A stretch of 64,000 bases of DNA from Hormiphora californensis (taxonomy: Eukaryota > Animalia > Ctenophora). The DNA lies in NCBI GenBank assembly GCA_020137815.1, contig CM035361.1, positions 2,108,001-2,172,000 on the forward strand. The letters are read 5' to 3'. Each line of letters begins with the position of its first letter. Position 1 is the stretch's first letter. Positions 13,930 through 27,897 of this stretch are shown piece by piece. The notes beneath the pieces are model-generated. The model saw nothing but the letters and a program-made list of their open reading frames with translations. It did no database searches and was not told the origin of the DNA. A program made the position numbers and the translations under genes.

Positions 13930-15292
13930 GCTTGCAGGGAGCTAGATAATTGTGGGGGTATAAGGGTCACGAAACAAAGTAAATGGGGATATGTCAATAA
14001 AACTGAATTGAGCAATATTGCCGTGGAGAGAGATTACATTAATTACTAAAGAGAGACTATAACTATTAAGTTATTAGTTGACTAGTTTAGACGGAATTAG
14101 GAACAACATGGCTCCCGGGAGTTGAAGGTTGTTACACGGAACAATGCAACAAGGATAAAATACTATATAAATTATTGCAGACCATGGCGAGTAGTAGGAA
14201 TCAAAGTATACGCAAGCTAGGGGAATAAATTATTATCCTTCAGCTCCCTTGTGATGAGAGAGATTGTTACAATAAGTAAGGAGAGAGATCATCTTTGGCA
14301 ATGAGGTGTGAGAAATCTCCATGTTCGACACGCAACAAGAACCTGACCAATCACAGCCCACTGCAGTTCGCTCTCTCCTTAGTTATTGTAACAATCTCTC
14401 TCATCGCAGAGATGCTCTCTCCTTAGTTAATGTAACAATCTCTCCCAAACCTCGTTCGCTTTGTGATCACTAATTCTCTGCTTGGGGAGCATGTCAAAGA
14501 GGAAGAAGATGTTTTAGTAGCAGCTGGGAGGGAGTTAGACCGACCCTATAAACATCAGCGGAGAGGGGCAAGGAGTCAGACCGAAATCAGCTGACCCCCT
14601 AGAGAGAGAGTTGTTTTTCTTGTTATGTTCGGGCGGGGCGGGCGAAACACAGTCTAGCTAGGCAATGTTTTTCAAAAGAGACTGCCCCCGAACCGGGATG
14701 AAGCTGCGTGCGTCATATGATCAGATGGGGCCCGGGAATGTTGGAGAAGGGCCAGCGTACCTGATTTCACTCTTTCAATCACGTTAGGTAAACCAGGATG
14801 ATCAACATATTCAACTTGTGAAAGAAAGGATCTTGAATGAATAGTTGCTGCTATCTACATTTCATATATGAGATGAGACAAGCTCACATACTTGGATAGG
14901 CCCATAATATAATTGGACCCACTGCAGTTCAATATAATACTCAACTCGATCTGCGGTTAGATATATAGGGTCTTCTAGCGGGACTGTCTGGACTATAACA
15001 GCTGCAGAGAACTGATACAAAATTGGAGTATTGACCTGATACTGGATACGGGAGATAGAAAGAGAGAGAGATCAGAGAAGAAGAGAGGGAGGGAGAAGAT
15101 ATTGAAACCGGAAACTTACAAAAAGTACAAAACTAAAAGATATCCGTACCCAGCCTGACTGTTCATTGTAATTGGCAATATCCGGGATATTTTCCGGGAT
15201 GCCCCAATTACCAAAACTATCCAGGATAATTATGATCTAATCCGCCCATCCCATAACATTTCCCATAATATTTCCCACATGATATCACATAC

Positions 15293-15375
15293 CGCATGTG
15301 TTGGGTGGGTGCCAGAGTTTTCAGCCATCCAGCTCCGTACTGTCGTTCCAGCATCATCAGCTCTCGCGGGGACAT
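15293..15375 (-). CDS. Variable module V4 (MSPRELMMLERQYGAGWLKTLAPTQHM)
   Basis: CCTTTTCAG|ATG ... CG|GTATGT, phase 2. A second frame is also open, so the assignment is ambiguous. Confidence 0.45.
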
Positions 15376-15859
15376 CTGAAAAGGAATGGGGATGATTGTG
15401 TGTGGCTCACATTATTTCGAACCGTTCCATAGATCAAGAGGATGATAATTAACCCAACTCTAGAAGATTATTAATGGGTGTGTTTACGACGACGTACCCA
15501 TTTTTACCTAAAAGTCTACCCCATCTTTTTAGGTTTTACCTTTGTGATGTCCATTTTGTCCATCTGTGAGAAAGCCACGTTCCGAGACATACCTCCCGTG
15601 TCTCCGATTTGACTGAAAAGAAAAGTAGTGTTACGTTTTGTGTTTCTAATTGAAGTTTGAACATCACAACCGACAGCTAAATTTCGAAAACATGTGACAC
15701 TTACTACTTAGTGACACTTATCCAGTCACATCAACGTTTGTCATCAGTCAGGCAGTTAGAACACTTGTCACAACACTCACACATTCAGTATTCACAGAAG
15801 TACAAACTATACAGTATACACATGTCACATATAATTGTATATTGGTCACATTGTCATAC

Positions 15860-16527
15860 GTTGGTTTTCTGTCTGTAGTATAGCCCTCATCTGAACTACT
15901 GTAATCTGAACTATCACTCCTTCTCCTTCTCCTCCACTTGTTGCCCATAGCAACACCTCCCACAGCAGTACCAGCAAACACCCCTGAACCCTCGCCAGCA
16001 CCTCCTCTCCTTGACGAATGATCTCTCATCACCATCATCCCAGCTTCCTCCTCTATATCCCTCCTCTTTACCCGGTCTCTGTACGGTTTACTGAGTTTCT
16101 TCTCCAAAGTGTACAAAACACCAAGCTCCAATATCCTCGCACGGGCAACATCCCCTGGTTTCCGTTTACCCGCTCTCGCTATATCACCAGGTTTTACCCT
16201 CCCGCCGACAGCGCTGTTTCCCGATTTTATAGCGAGACCTGGCAGTCTTCCTCCTGGTGTAGATTTAGGTGGCAGTGACGTAACTTTTTTAGCTCCAAGA
16301 ACGGGGCTAGGAATCTTGGGATTTATAGTAGCCGCGGATCCAAGTGGGGCTTTGGGTGCCGGGTACTTTGCTGATCGTGGCTTGCTAGCACCCATAGTAA
16401 TTGGTCTTGTTGTGATTAGAAGTTTTGATGAAGGAGCACTCAATGACCTAGACATATCCCCAGCTGATGCCTGTTTAGGTTTAGAACTTGCAGTTACTGC
16501 CCCTACTGCTCCCAGGGTGAAGCCCAT
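15860..16527 (-). CDS. Variable module V5 (Lys/Pro/Gly-rich, MGFTLGAV...RRRRRSDSSDYSSSDEGYTTDRKPT)
   Basis: 222 codons then AC|GTATGA, phase 2; the frame is also open about 40 codons upstream of this ATG. Confidence 0.65.
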
Positions 16528-17264
16528 GGACCTTGGACCAGGTTTTCCAGGGCTGTGATCATGTACAGGAGATGCATCATGTTTTCTGGAGGGTGTTGAT
16601 AGTGGCAGGTTGTACCGGAATGGGGCTGCAGCTGACCTAGTGTGTAAAGTGTACTGTCAGTTGTGGGTCAGTCTGGTCTTTTTGGTAATTTTGGGAATTT
16701 TGGGAATTTTAAATCACTTTTTTATTTGAGTGAACCATATTTTTTATAGTTTTTGCGCTCAAAATTTTCACTGCTTACTGCTTATACTTACTGCTGACTC
16801 TAGTCAAGTGTCATGCGTCTCTTTATGATATAGGTGTGTGATTTTGAGTGAAGTCTATATGCTCTATTGAGTGTCTATAATAATGACATCTCAAAACTAT
16901 ATTCCTAGAGAGATCGGGAAAATAAATTGCTAAAGTCTCGACTGACAAATGTATCGAGTTATGTTGTACCAGTTACGAATAAAACGAGAAAGTAGAAACA
17001 ATTAGGCTGGTCAGAAAATATAACCAAACTGAAATGAAACAGTGAGTCGGAGACAAGGTTAACCCTCTTATTCCCCCTTGCTATCTGGAATAAATCAATC
17101 TATGGATGAGATTGAATTGTGGGCAGTAAAGATTCATTTCAGTACTTCGACCCAAAATCCGAAAACAACAAACTGATTCCACTCAACAGTCAACATCTAT
17201 GTATGTGTCATGTCTGTATATACAATTACAAACCAGTAATTCAACACACCCAACGACAACCTAC

Positions 17265-17413
17265 TTTCTGTGTCTTCCATTTCTCATTCTCCCATTCCCT
17301 CCTCCAGTCCTTCTGTGATCATCCCTCATCCTCCTGTGATCCCTAACTCCCAACCTCCTATGATCCCTCCGGCGAGTGACCACCCTGGATCTAATCGACC
17401 GCTCCTTCCTCAT
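17265..17413 (-). CDS. Variable module V6 (Arg-rich, MRKERSIRSRVVTRRRDHRR...GRHRK)
   Basis: 49 codons then AA|GTAGGT, phase 2. Confidence 0.5.
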
Positions 17414-17578
17414 CCCACTGTTCTGATCGGTCTCCCTCGGTCCTCAATCCGCCTATCACTCGCCTCTCTGATACACTCTTTTGACCTGAATATATGTTAG
17501 ATCTCCTGAATAACTTTGCGGGCAATACATCACTACGGGGAACTCATCATTGGTATAATATCGGTGATATAATTATAC

Positions 17579-17673
17579 CTCAAGAATCCACCTGCCTCCT
17601 CCTCAAGGCGAGTAGTGACCTTCACCAAGTTTAGAAAGTGACCGGTACAGGCCCCGTTTAGCCGGCATCCCAT
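17579..17673 (-). CDS. Variable module V7 (MGCRLNGACTGHFLNLVKVTTRLEEEAGGFL)
   Basis: Acceptor GGCAG 12 nt upstream of ATG; ends AG|GTATAA, phase 2. Confidence 0.5.
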
Positions 17674-19449
17674 CTCATTAGAAACCTGCCACGTTCTCCC
17701 GTAATAACTTTGCGGTGAAATAGGTGTCAAGAAAGATCTGATTTGCAAGAACTGGAAACTATTATATGAAGGTGTAAAAGATCAAAGTTTAATTCAGATC
17801 GATAATACTAAGATGCCACTAAAATACAATACAGGTTTAGGAGATCAGAGAAAAGTAGCAATATAAATTTGACAAATTTGAGTACGCGGATCAAACGATA
17901 AAGCCGCTTGGACACATGGTTTATCCCATAAATCCTATATCTGCAGTATCAAGCCTAGATTTTAACACTTCCTAACATACCGGTATATTCTGAGAGATCT
18001 GAGCTAGGTCTAATTTTAACACGGCCAAGATTCGATGCTGTCAAAGTCCAGCTGAACCTGTCACCAAGTTTTATATATGAGAATATATAGGGGAAATGGA
18101 AGTTTTATATATGGGAAAATAAATTTATTTTCCAGTGTTAGTGCGGCTTGATCGAGGTAGACAGTTGAGAAAGTAACGCCTTGCTTTCTAAAATGGCACC
18201 TCTGATATAGCTAGACATGACACTGCAGATAGTTTTCACGGAAAGAGGGTCGAGCAAGGCAAGTTTCACAAGATAATATCACATACAAACTGAGCCCTTT
18301 ATAATTGAAGATGTCTGGTATTACAGAAGATCTCATGATATATATTGTCTGTGGGTGTGTAGTTGTAGGTGCATATCATTAGGGCACACACACAATCACA
18401 TTATTAATGACAGAAAATCGGTTGTTATGAGAAATTAACAATTCTAATACTAAGTATAATAGACCTGCATGGACTAATAATATTATATTAATTGACATTT
18501 CTGCATAGTCACAGCGCTGACTAGTAAAAATGTGGCTGTTCTACCTCACTGGAGGACAGCGGCCCATGTCATGATATTATTGGTCTTACTTATATTCATA
18601 TTGCACATGCCTATAAACATAGTCTACAATAAATACACACGGTGATAGCATGATCCGGCATTCCACTATTCCGGCGTGGTGTGTTATAATTTATACTGTA
18701 CCACCCACCGAGAATCATGGATTAATATTATAGTACCATGCATTGCAGTCAAACAGGGGGGGGGTTAAATCGGGGTGCCCGGTATAATATTGGGATCAGA
18801 TACTGTTATATCAGTTTCCAATATCGGGGGAAGATTATCCTCCCGGTAAATCGGGGTTCCGGTAAATCGGGGTCCGACTGTATCTGATATCTCTACAACA
18901 TGGCATGAGTTTATTTTGTCTCTTTAAAATGCGAGAGTCTTGCAATAAGACTCCCATCAAAAGATTTACAGAACGATTTAGAATCCAAACTATAGCGTCA
19001 CGACAATCAGGTATTATATTTCCCTTATACAAACCATCCTTGTGTTCTAATAGAAGAATGGGTTTCATATTATACATGTGCATACGTCATATAATACTTA
19101 GTAAGCTAACAAAAAGGTCGACAAAAATAATTGAATATGTAAATGCACATTAGAGAAACTGCGAAATAACTAATAATAAAGTAACAGCGGGTTCGACTGC
19201 GTTCCTGCATTGGTTACGAAGTTACCCCTTGCCAGCGCGCGCGAAGGTCGCCCGGCGACCTGAGCTAAACAGAGTGAGCTAAACAGAGTGTGAGGTGTCT
19301 TCGATACCAAGTTCCTGCAGTATATTCAGAGACACACATGAGTTATATTGGAAAGTTTAAAACAGTTCAACGTTGTATGTTTAGAGAGGTGTGAAAAATG
19401 AACATTCGTGCAGTACCGATATTTCAGACTTCATTCTACATCACTCACT

Positions 19450-19565
<116 letters not shown>

Positions 19566-20086
19566 CTCTAGTTTAGGTAACAATCTCTCCTATTAAATTA
19601 GAAAAAATGAGCCTCTACGGAGCAATTTGTTTAATTGCCATTATGTGTGACCCATAAATATCTTAATTAGAGGACTTTTTGGTAATTTGTCAAATAAAGC
19701 AAGTGCAGGTGTTATTTATGATAAAAGTTAATCACACGTTTTATATTGCGCAACTTATAAAGGTTGATAGCGTGACAAAAACGTTTCAATTTCGATGTTT
19801 ATCATTTGAATTGCTACAGTGCCAAATTTCAGTGTCAAAAACTGTCGCAGTAGTAAACAAACTGTGTCAAAGTATTGTCTGTAACATAGAAACCCTATTT
19901 GGACAGTGTCGATCTGTGAACAAACAGGTTTCCCAAAATATATCACATGATAGTATATCTCTAAAGTAATAGAGACTTCATCTGACTAATCTAGTGTGAA
20001 CCGGCCGGCCCAATCCTTCAGTGATAACACTAAGCAGCGAAGGTTGATTGATTACACGCTATTAAAAACTCCTAATTCTCACATAC

Positions 20087-20773
20087 CCTGAGTTCTGTCT
20101 CCCTGGACCGGCAATACCTCCTCGATCATCTTGTCTATCATCTGAAGAGAGGTCATGGCATTAGTAAACTATATGTAGTGTTATCATGGTAACTGCAGTT
20201 ACACATGGTTACCATGGTAACTATAACAGTTATAACAACAGTTACACATGGTTACCAATTTTAGCAGCCCATATTCAACTTCGCAGTCACAGCTCAATTA
20301 ACATGCAAAATCTTTAAAAAATCAAATAAAAATGTTAATTTTCTTGTCCAGTAAGGGACTATATATGAATACCATTTGATGAATACATTTGATGCAAAAC
20401 CCCATCATTCATCAACATGACAAACATGGGAAAGAATCAAATCTCAAAACTAAAACATACACAATCATCGCACATGGAGCAAATAAAACCATGACCAAAC
20501 ATTAACAATTCATATCTTACATTCCTACCGATAAACAAACCAATTGGTCCAAGCAGTAAAACTGACAATTAATCTCACACAACATTTACCAAAACCATGT
20601 CTAAAACAATTTCATCAAACGCCCGGTTCACAGTCAAATCTCAATATAACGGGCACTTTTTGGTTAAAACCAAATAAATACTTGCCTTGCTCGACCATCT
20701 TCCCGTTAAAGGAGGGTTAGAACATAACAAATAAATACACCATATTTTTTATATTCTAACCCTCTTATCCGGG

Positions 20774-20870
<97 letters not shown>

Positions 20871-23031
20871 CAGAGGGTCGAACAAGACGAACACCGTTTA
20901 CCAATCGGATCAATTAGAGCCGTGATATATAATTGAGGTTAGACCATGTATACAACCATTCTATTTTCAAATTAAAAACTTCACTTACTCCGTACTGCCC
21001 CATTCCTTTGATTGTCCAGTCGCTCCGTAGAAACTGACATGTACAGACAAACTTAGTACATCTGATGCATATGTATACAATCATTAATCATCTTTACTAA
21101 CCTACCTTTGTTGTTAGTTCACTAATTCAGCGAGAGATTAAGCAGCATGCATAGCAGTTAGCATTAATCATTAATTAATTCAATGGATTATGCTTCATTA
21201 ATAAGAGGGATTATTATTACAACAGAAGCAATGCAAGGTTCATACTCAATGAGCCAAAATATTTTAGCGGTGATCAAGATGGCAGCCCGGTTCAATAATT
21301 GTTTTGAGGTGCCATTAATCATTCAATTACTAAGGGAATCATCCCCCCTAATCTAATCCTAATGGATAGCAGCCATGTGATCACATTCAATTGATCCATT
21401 CCGGCATTCAATTCTTTATTTGGATCATTCTTATCAGACGCAATTCCTTATTTGGAGATCACATATCATAGCGGAGTGAAACGTGCCACGTGTGTTTAGA
21501 TCATATCTCGGTATATCAGACTCACGACTCTTAGATGCCATGTACAAAAGTGCAATGTCCACCTCTAAAGCGGCAGTTGCTAGTAAGTTTTTTCTACTTC
21601 TAGATCTGGAAGATGAGGAGGCTGCATCGCTATCCGAGGGAATGGGACTGTGCGAACCTGTATCAAGTAAAGGCATGTCTAGACACAACTGTCTACGTGT
21701 CTAGACACAACTGTCTACGTGTCTAGACACAACTGTCTACGTGTCTAGACACAACTGTCTACGTGTCTAGACACAACTGTCTACGTGTCTAGACACAACT
21801 GTCTAGACACTAGTCTAGTCATTGGAGAATGGAGAAAATCAGATTCTCTCTCACCGGGTTTTAGAGCCACACGCCGTTCCGAACGGCAGTATAAATTTCG
21901 GAATGTTAGAGAATTCGGTCCAAACTTCAAGATTAAAGTTCAGCAAACACTTTGCAAAAAGAGGTAAACTAATCAATTAAATGTGCTGTTAACTTACTTC
22001 CAAACTGTCCCCTTCCTCCAACGGTTCCTGAAACAAAATAGAAATTAAAATATCGCCAAACCACCAAAAAACAAAGTATGCTAGCTCTCAAAAGTAATAA
22101 TAACCCCAAAATACATTTTTCATCACACAATGTAGCTGCATAATGCTTCGTTCTCACCTTTATTCGGTGCCATTCCCCTCGCCATATCATTAGCCGTTTT
22201 GACAGTCACAGCCGTCCTGACAGCCTGACCAGCCGATGAGATCCCCTTCGCGCCAGCCATCCCGGCACCCACCATCCCTTGTTTACCCATAGCACCTCCA
22301 ATTGCAGCTCCCCCTGGTTTACCTCCTGCCCCCATGAGACCTGGTTTTCCAGCTGCCCCCATAGCTCCTGGCTTACCCGCTCCCATACCACCTAGACCCC
22401 CCGGTTTTGAGCCACCTAGACCGGGTTTTGCAGCACCCAAACCTGGTTTAGCACCCACCGCACCGGGTTTTGAGCCACCAAAACCGCTGCTGCTACCGGG
22501 TTTCGCTCCAGGCATTCCGGGTTTTGCTCCGGCCATACCGGGTTTTGCTCCGGGCATACCGGGTTTCACTGATGAGGATCCCATCCCTGGTTTGGCTGAT
22601 GATCCAAGTCCACCGGGTTTTGCTCCAGGCATACCAGGTTTTGCCGAAGACCCGAGACCAGGTTTAGCTGAAGATCCCATTCCTGGCTTGGCTGAAGACC
22701 CCATACCTGGTTTACTAGCCCCAGGTTTGCTTCCAAACATTCCCCCACCGCTGCCAGGTTTTGAACTGCTGCCCGGTTTGGAACCACCCAGTCCACCGGG
22801 TTTGCTGCTCCCGGATTTGTTTCCTCCGAACCCACCACCACCACCTCCTAAACCACCTGGTCTAGATGACCCGCCGCCGGGTTTAGATCCCATTCCTGGC
22901 TTCCCTCCCATTCCGGGTTTTTGGTTTTTATTAGCTCCAAACCCTCCTCCTCCACCACCGGATTTACCGGCCATCCCTCCCTTGGCGCCGGGTTTGGCGT
23001 TTTTATCATTCTTTCCTCCTCCGATAGGCAT
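20087..23031 (-). CDS. Variable module V8 ([15 protein letters not shown]..., about 290 aa of Gly/Lys/Pro repeats); exons 23031-22158, 21033-20989, 20141-20087
   Basis: Donors GTGAGA, GTAAGT, GTATGT; phases 1,1,2 join in frame; ATG 13 nt after ATATTCAG. Confidence 0.7.
21676..21810. repeat. 22-bp tandem repeat GTCTAGACACAACTGTCTACGT, about six copies
   Basis: Direct reading. Confidence 0.9.
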
Positions 23032-23581
23032 TCTTCATGGGGGGCTGAATATGCTGTGAAAGGGTGCTGTTGGTTAGTGATCATGGGGCTTTGGGGCAAA
23101 CTGGGAAATTGACAACGAAGATACCTAGAGCATCTAAAAGAAGCTAGAGAGTTAAAAACAAAGTAAAGCACTATGGCAGAATAAAAATTGACAGGGTAAT
23201 ACAGCAAAAAAACAAATTACGCCTCAAAGCTGTACAGTTAAAAAACTAAAATTACTGTACGAAATTGGCTTGTTTCTCCCTCACATGTGGGATGTGGTAA
23301 GGGCGTAAGAATACACATTTTAGTGAGACGGATATATGGGCGAGCATTGATATTGATAATGTATAACAGCTTGCAGGCAAATACTGTACACGAATACTGT
23401 AAATACTGTGCACGTTCAATACCTGGAAATGAATCAAACTAAATTTTGATTAGTCGATTTGAGCTGCAAAGAAAAATAACAAAGTAGATGTAGCTGCTGC
23501 AGTGCTAGCGAGAGAAGACGAGCAGTCATTCGCAAATTAAACCTGTCCTACCAGCAGCAGCTTGCAATCACTTCTCACTGA

Positions 23582-23621
<40 letters not shown>

Positions 23622-23655
23622 CGGAGAGAGACCTGAGAGAGAGAGAGAGAGAGAG

Positions 23656-23689
<34 letters not shown>

Positions 23690-25014
23690 CTTGAGTCGAT
23701 AGCTCTCATCCTGCTCTCTATCGCTCTCTCTCTTCTCTTATCTCTCTTCTCCTCTTCGCTCTTCTCTCTCTATCTCTCTCAGAGAGACTCTCTCTCTCTG
23801 TCTTATGTTCGTGTACCTAATTGATAGCTGGGCACTGGTTAGAACAGCAGCAGAGTCTTGAGAAGAAGCAGAATTTACTAGGACACTTACATATTCCAAG
23901 AATTCGACAATTACACGGCCGTTATTCCAACAATATATTAGACTAATTTGTATGAAACATTGGAATTTTAGTATGTATTGCCAAGAAGCATTTTATTCGT
24001 CTACTACTAAAAGTAATATCTATCTCAACAGGCGAACTGGGGAGAGGGTTACCCATTTTGACTTATTTCTCACTATGAGAAGTTCTTGCCACTGCATAGC
24101 TAATTAGAACAAAATCTCACCACAGAGAGAGAGAGATAGAGAAAATAAAATGTTGCCGAGAGAGAGCCATGTGTACAATGGGATCTCTAGTGTAGAAGCA
24201 ATCAAGTAATGACTTTGTAGGACACGCTGTAACTTTTATATCCGCCATGTGTCTCCCAATATCTGATCATCATCTGCTGCTCATGTGATCATCGGATTAA
24301 TTGACTCACTACTAGTATTGTAATAGGACCCTCTTTCTCACCAGGAAATTCTAAGGATTAGTAGTGTAACCTCTGACCCGTTTTAGTAGCTAAGAGTGAA
24401 TGAAACTCTAGTACAGCTGTATACAGTATATTAGTATTATGCCGGGGGATAGAACTTGATTAGGACCCATGCTTTTCTCAGAACTTATCTAATCAGGTAG
24501 GTGTTGGTACAATATTAAGCAGGAAAACACGGTGGCTTGGATCATTACATAATATGCAACTAAAAAAGAACATAAAGGCAGCTGGAGGGGTCACACATGC
24601 AACCACAAAACCATATAAAATGTCCCACCACCACGAACACGTCCAATTTAGCTGAGAACTTAATTAAACAAGGTGATGGTCATGGATTAAAATAATCAAG
24701 TTATGAAAAAATATCAATTATATAGCGACGGATAGTCAGGAACACATGAGGGGGTCAGAATTGTCCAGTTGAACCATGGGGTGTCGTTCAACTTACAGCT
24801 CCCTCCTACCTCTCTCTTTATACCTACCTATCTCTCTCTCTCTATATCTTTCTGTCTATCTCTCTCTCTCTCCCTCCATTTCTGTCGTCGCGAAATGGAC
24901 CCGAGTAGGTGTGACGGAAGTCGCTAGGTTAAAAAATGTGTGAATGTGTGTCAGTCTAAAATCCAACTTTAACTGACGACGACACAAGCTAAGAGAGAGA
25001 GAGGGGAGAGAGAG

Positions 25015-25046
<32 letters not shown>

Positions 25047-25936
25047 TGTGAATAGAGAGAGACGATATATATCGAGAGATGAAGAAGAGAGATAGTGAAT
25101 CGATATTCTAGTCTGATCTCTAGCTTCGATCTCCTCGTTCTCTACTACTCTCTTCGCTAGTCTCGCTCTCTCTCCTCTCTATCTCTCTCTCTGCTCTCTC
25201 TCTATTTCTCTCTCTCTCTCTCTCTCTCCTCTCTACTTCTCGACTCAATATACATCTAGCCCTCCCCTCCCTTCAATCCGTGTTCATTTTATTCTTTTAT
25301 ATGCATTTCTTCTACTCTTTCTCCACCCGCCCATGCAGCAGCAGTGCTCTTTAATAAAGAAGGTAAGGAAATAAAATAATGAGAAAATTAGAGGATCTTG
25401 AATATCCGGATCAGCTAACTACTGTCGGACCGCGATACACCGGGATGCTCGGGGGAAATAATTTTGAATTGGGGTGTCCCACTGTCCAGTACAGTTAATT
25501 TTCTATATCTCGGGAAATTTATCCTCATAAGGCAACTAAATTGCAGCTACAAGTAAGAGAGAGAAAGATGGTCCAAGGTAGAAAGAAAGAGCTCAAAAAG
25601 ATGGTCTGTTGTAACTAAATGTCCAAGATTTTCCTATTTTTGTGTGTTCCTACACACGCATCCCTCTTCTCCATCGCCAGCTCAAATAAATTAGTGAAGA
25701 TCATTAAACTCAATATTTACAGTGGGTCAATTAGCATATTTCAATTGATGGCTATAGGGTAGGCGGGGGTAATTCGGGTCACCTTTTTGATTAAAGTGGT
25801 ATTCCCTTGGTTGTGGCAGAATGTCTGCACATAAAATCTATTCAATTTATCCAATGTGACACTTGTTAAGATATTTGGACTGTTGAAGTTTTCAAATCCA
25901 ACCTTTTTCACACATAAAAAAGCCCACGAAATCGTT

Positions 25937-26875
25937 TAGTAGAGGCAATAATTACAGTCACCTCCTCTGATTTCTATGAAACTTCTCCCATGCTAAGAGG
26001 TGGCAATAGAGGTTCAAATACCGCAGAGTTTAAGTCTGAACAATGTTCGGTTCGTTAATTATCGCTAATTGAAAAACGCTTAAATGGCCTAAAATCGCCC
26101 TAAGTTCCGAATTGAAATTTTGGAGTTGAGACTCCAGACTTCGTAGAGATGTCCGCTAGGATGACAATATGCACCAAAATCGGACGAAGCCCTAAATTCG
26201 TCCGAATTCGGTACGAAAAGCCGGGTAGACTGATTTTTGGTCACGTGACATGGGTCCAAAATCAGTTTTTTGCCATTTACGCCTTTCCTGTACGTCGGAG
26301 ACAAAAAATATGGCCAATACTTGTCATTTCCATCGCTTTCTGCATCTTTTAAGCCCCCTATAAATATCCCTTACTTCAACGGTTCAGAAGTTAGAGTTTT
26401 TCAGGAGACTAAATGACGTCACTTCTGAACCGTTGAAGTAAGGGATATTTATAGGGGGCTTAAAAGATGCAGAAAGCGATGGAAATGACACGTATTGGCC
26501 ATATTTTTTGTCTCCGACGTACAGGAAAGGCGTAAATGGCAAAAAACTGATTTTGGACCCATGTCACGTGACCAAAAATCAGTCTACCCGGCTTTTCGTA
26601 CCGAATTCGGACGAATTTAGGGCTTCGTCCGATTTTGGTGCATATTGTCATCCTAGCGGACATCTCTACGAAGTCTGGAGTCTCAACTCCAAAATTTCAA
26701 TTCGGAACTTAGGGCGATTTTAGGCCATTTTAGCGTTTTTCAATTAGCGATAATTAACGAACCGAACATTGTTCAGACTTAAACTCTGCGGTATTTGAAC
26801 CTCTATTGCCACCTCTTAGCATGGGAGAAGTTTCATAGAAATCAGAGGAGGTGACTGTAATTATTGCCTCTACTA
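25937..26875. mobile_element. Palindromic MITE (arms about 455 bp) nested in the 25757-28304 element
   Basis: TAGTAGAGGCAATAATTACAG ... CTGTAATTATTGCCTCTACTA; mirror ORF pairs 26089/26508 and 26149/26460. Confidence 0.9.
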
Positions 26876-27080
26876 GTTAGTTTGCGTATTGTTGGTAATT
26901 CGGGTCAGTGGCTAAATCGGGCCACGCGCGTATTCAGCCAATCACAGCCCTCGCAAACAAACACGTGACCAAATGACCCGAATTACCAACACAGCGTGTT
27001 GCCGCTGAAATCATGCGGTTAATTCGGGTCAAGTGTTTGTAATTCGGGCCAGCTGTTGGTTGGCTGATGGTTGGCTGTTT

Positions 27081-27897
27081 TAGGGGCCTCTAGGAGGCCT
27101 CTAGAGGCCCCCAGAGGCCCCTAGGGCCCCTAGAGGCCCCTAGAGACCCCTTGAGACCCCTAAAGGCCCCTTAAGGCCCCTTAAGGCCCCTAGAAGCCCC
27201 TAGAAGCCCCTAGAGGCCCCCTAGAAGCCCCTAGAGGGCCCCCTAGAGGCCCCCTAGAGGCCTCTAGAGGCCCCTAGAGGCCCCCAGAGGCCCCCTAGAG
27301 GCCCCTTGAGACCCCTAAAGGCCCCTTAAGGCCCCTTAAGGCCCCTAGAAGCCCCTAGAGGACCCTAGAGGCCCCCCTAGAAGCCCCTAGAGGACCCTAG
27401 AGGCCCCCTAGAGGCCCCGAGAGGCCCCTAGAGGCCCCCGAGAGGCCCCTAGAGGCCCCTAGAGGCCCCTAAAAGCCCCTAGAGGACCCTATATGCCCCC
27501 TAGAGGCCCCTAGAGGCCCCCTAGAGGCCCCCAGAGGCCCCTAGAGGCCCCTAGAGGTCCCTTAAGGCCCCTAGAAGCCCCTAGAGGCCCCCTAGAAGCC
27601 CCTAGAGGCCCCCTAGAAGCCCCTAGAGGCCCCCTAGAGGCCCCTAGAGGCCCCCAGAGGCCCCAGAGACCCCTTGAGACCCCTAAAGGCCCCTTAAGGC
27701 CCCTAGAAGCCCCTAGAGGACCCTAGAGGCCCCCCAGAAGCCCCTAGAGGACCCTAGAGGCCCCCTAGAGGCCCCGAGAGGCCCCTAAAGGCCCCCGAGA
27801 GGCCCCTAGAGGCCCCTAAAAGCCCCTAGAGGCCCCTTAGAGGCCCCTAAAGGCCCCCTAGAGGCCCCAAGAGGCCCCTAAAGGCCCCCAGAGGCCC
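27081..27897. repeat. 10-11 bp minisatellite (GAGGCCCC(C)TA)n
   Basis: About 800 bp of variant units with higher-order blocks. Confidence 0.95.

Noticed and set aside
14761-15505. Separate small spliced gene between V3 and V5
   Set aside because: Several exon-like segments exist but their phases could not be chained consistently; left unassigned.
22334-23059. + strand Pro-rich ORF (collagen/elastin-like)
   Set aside because: It is the antisense shadow of the Gly-rich minus-strand exon, which has the splice signals; the same applies to 12533-12880, 13739-13945 and 16109-16558.
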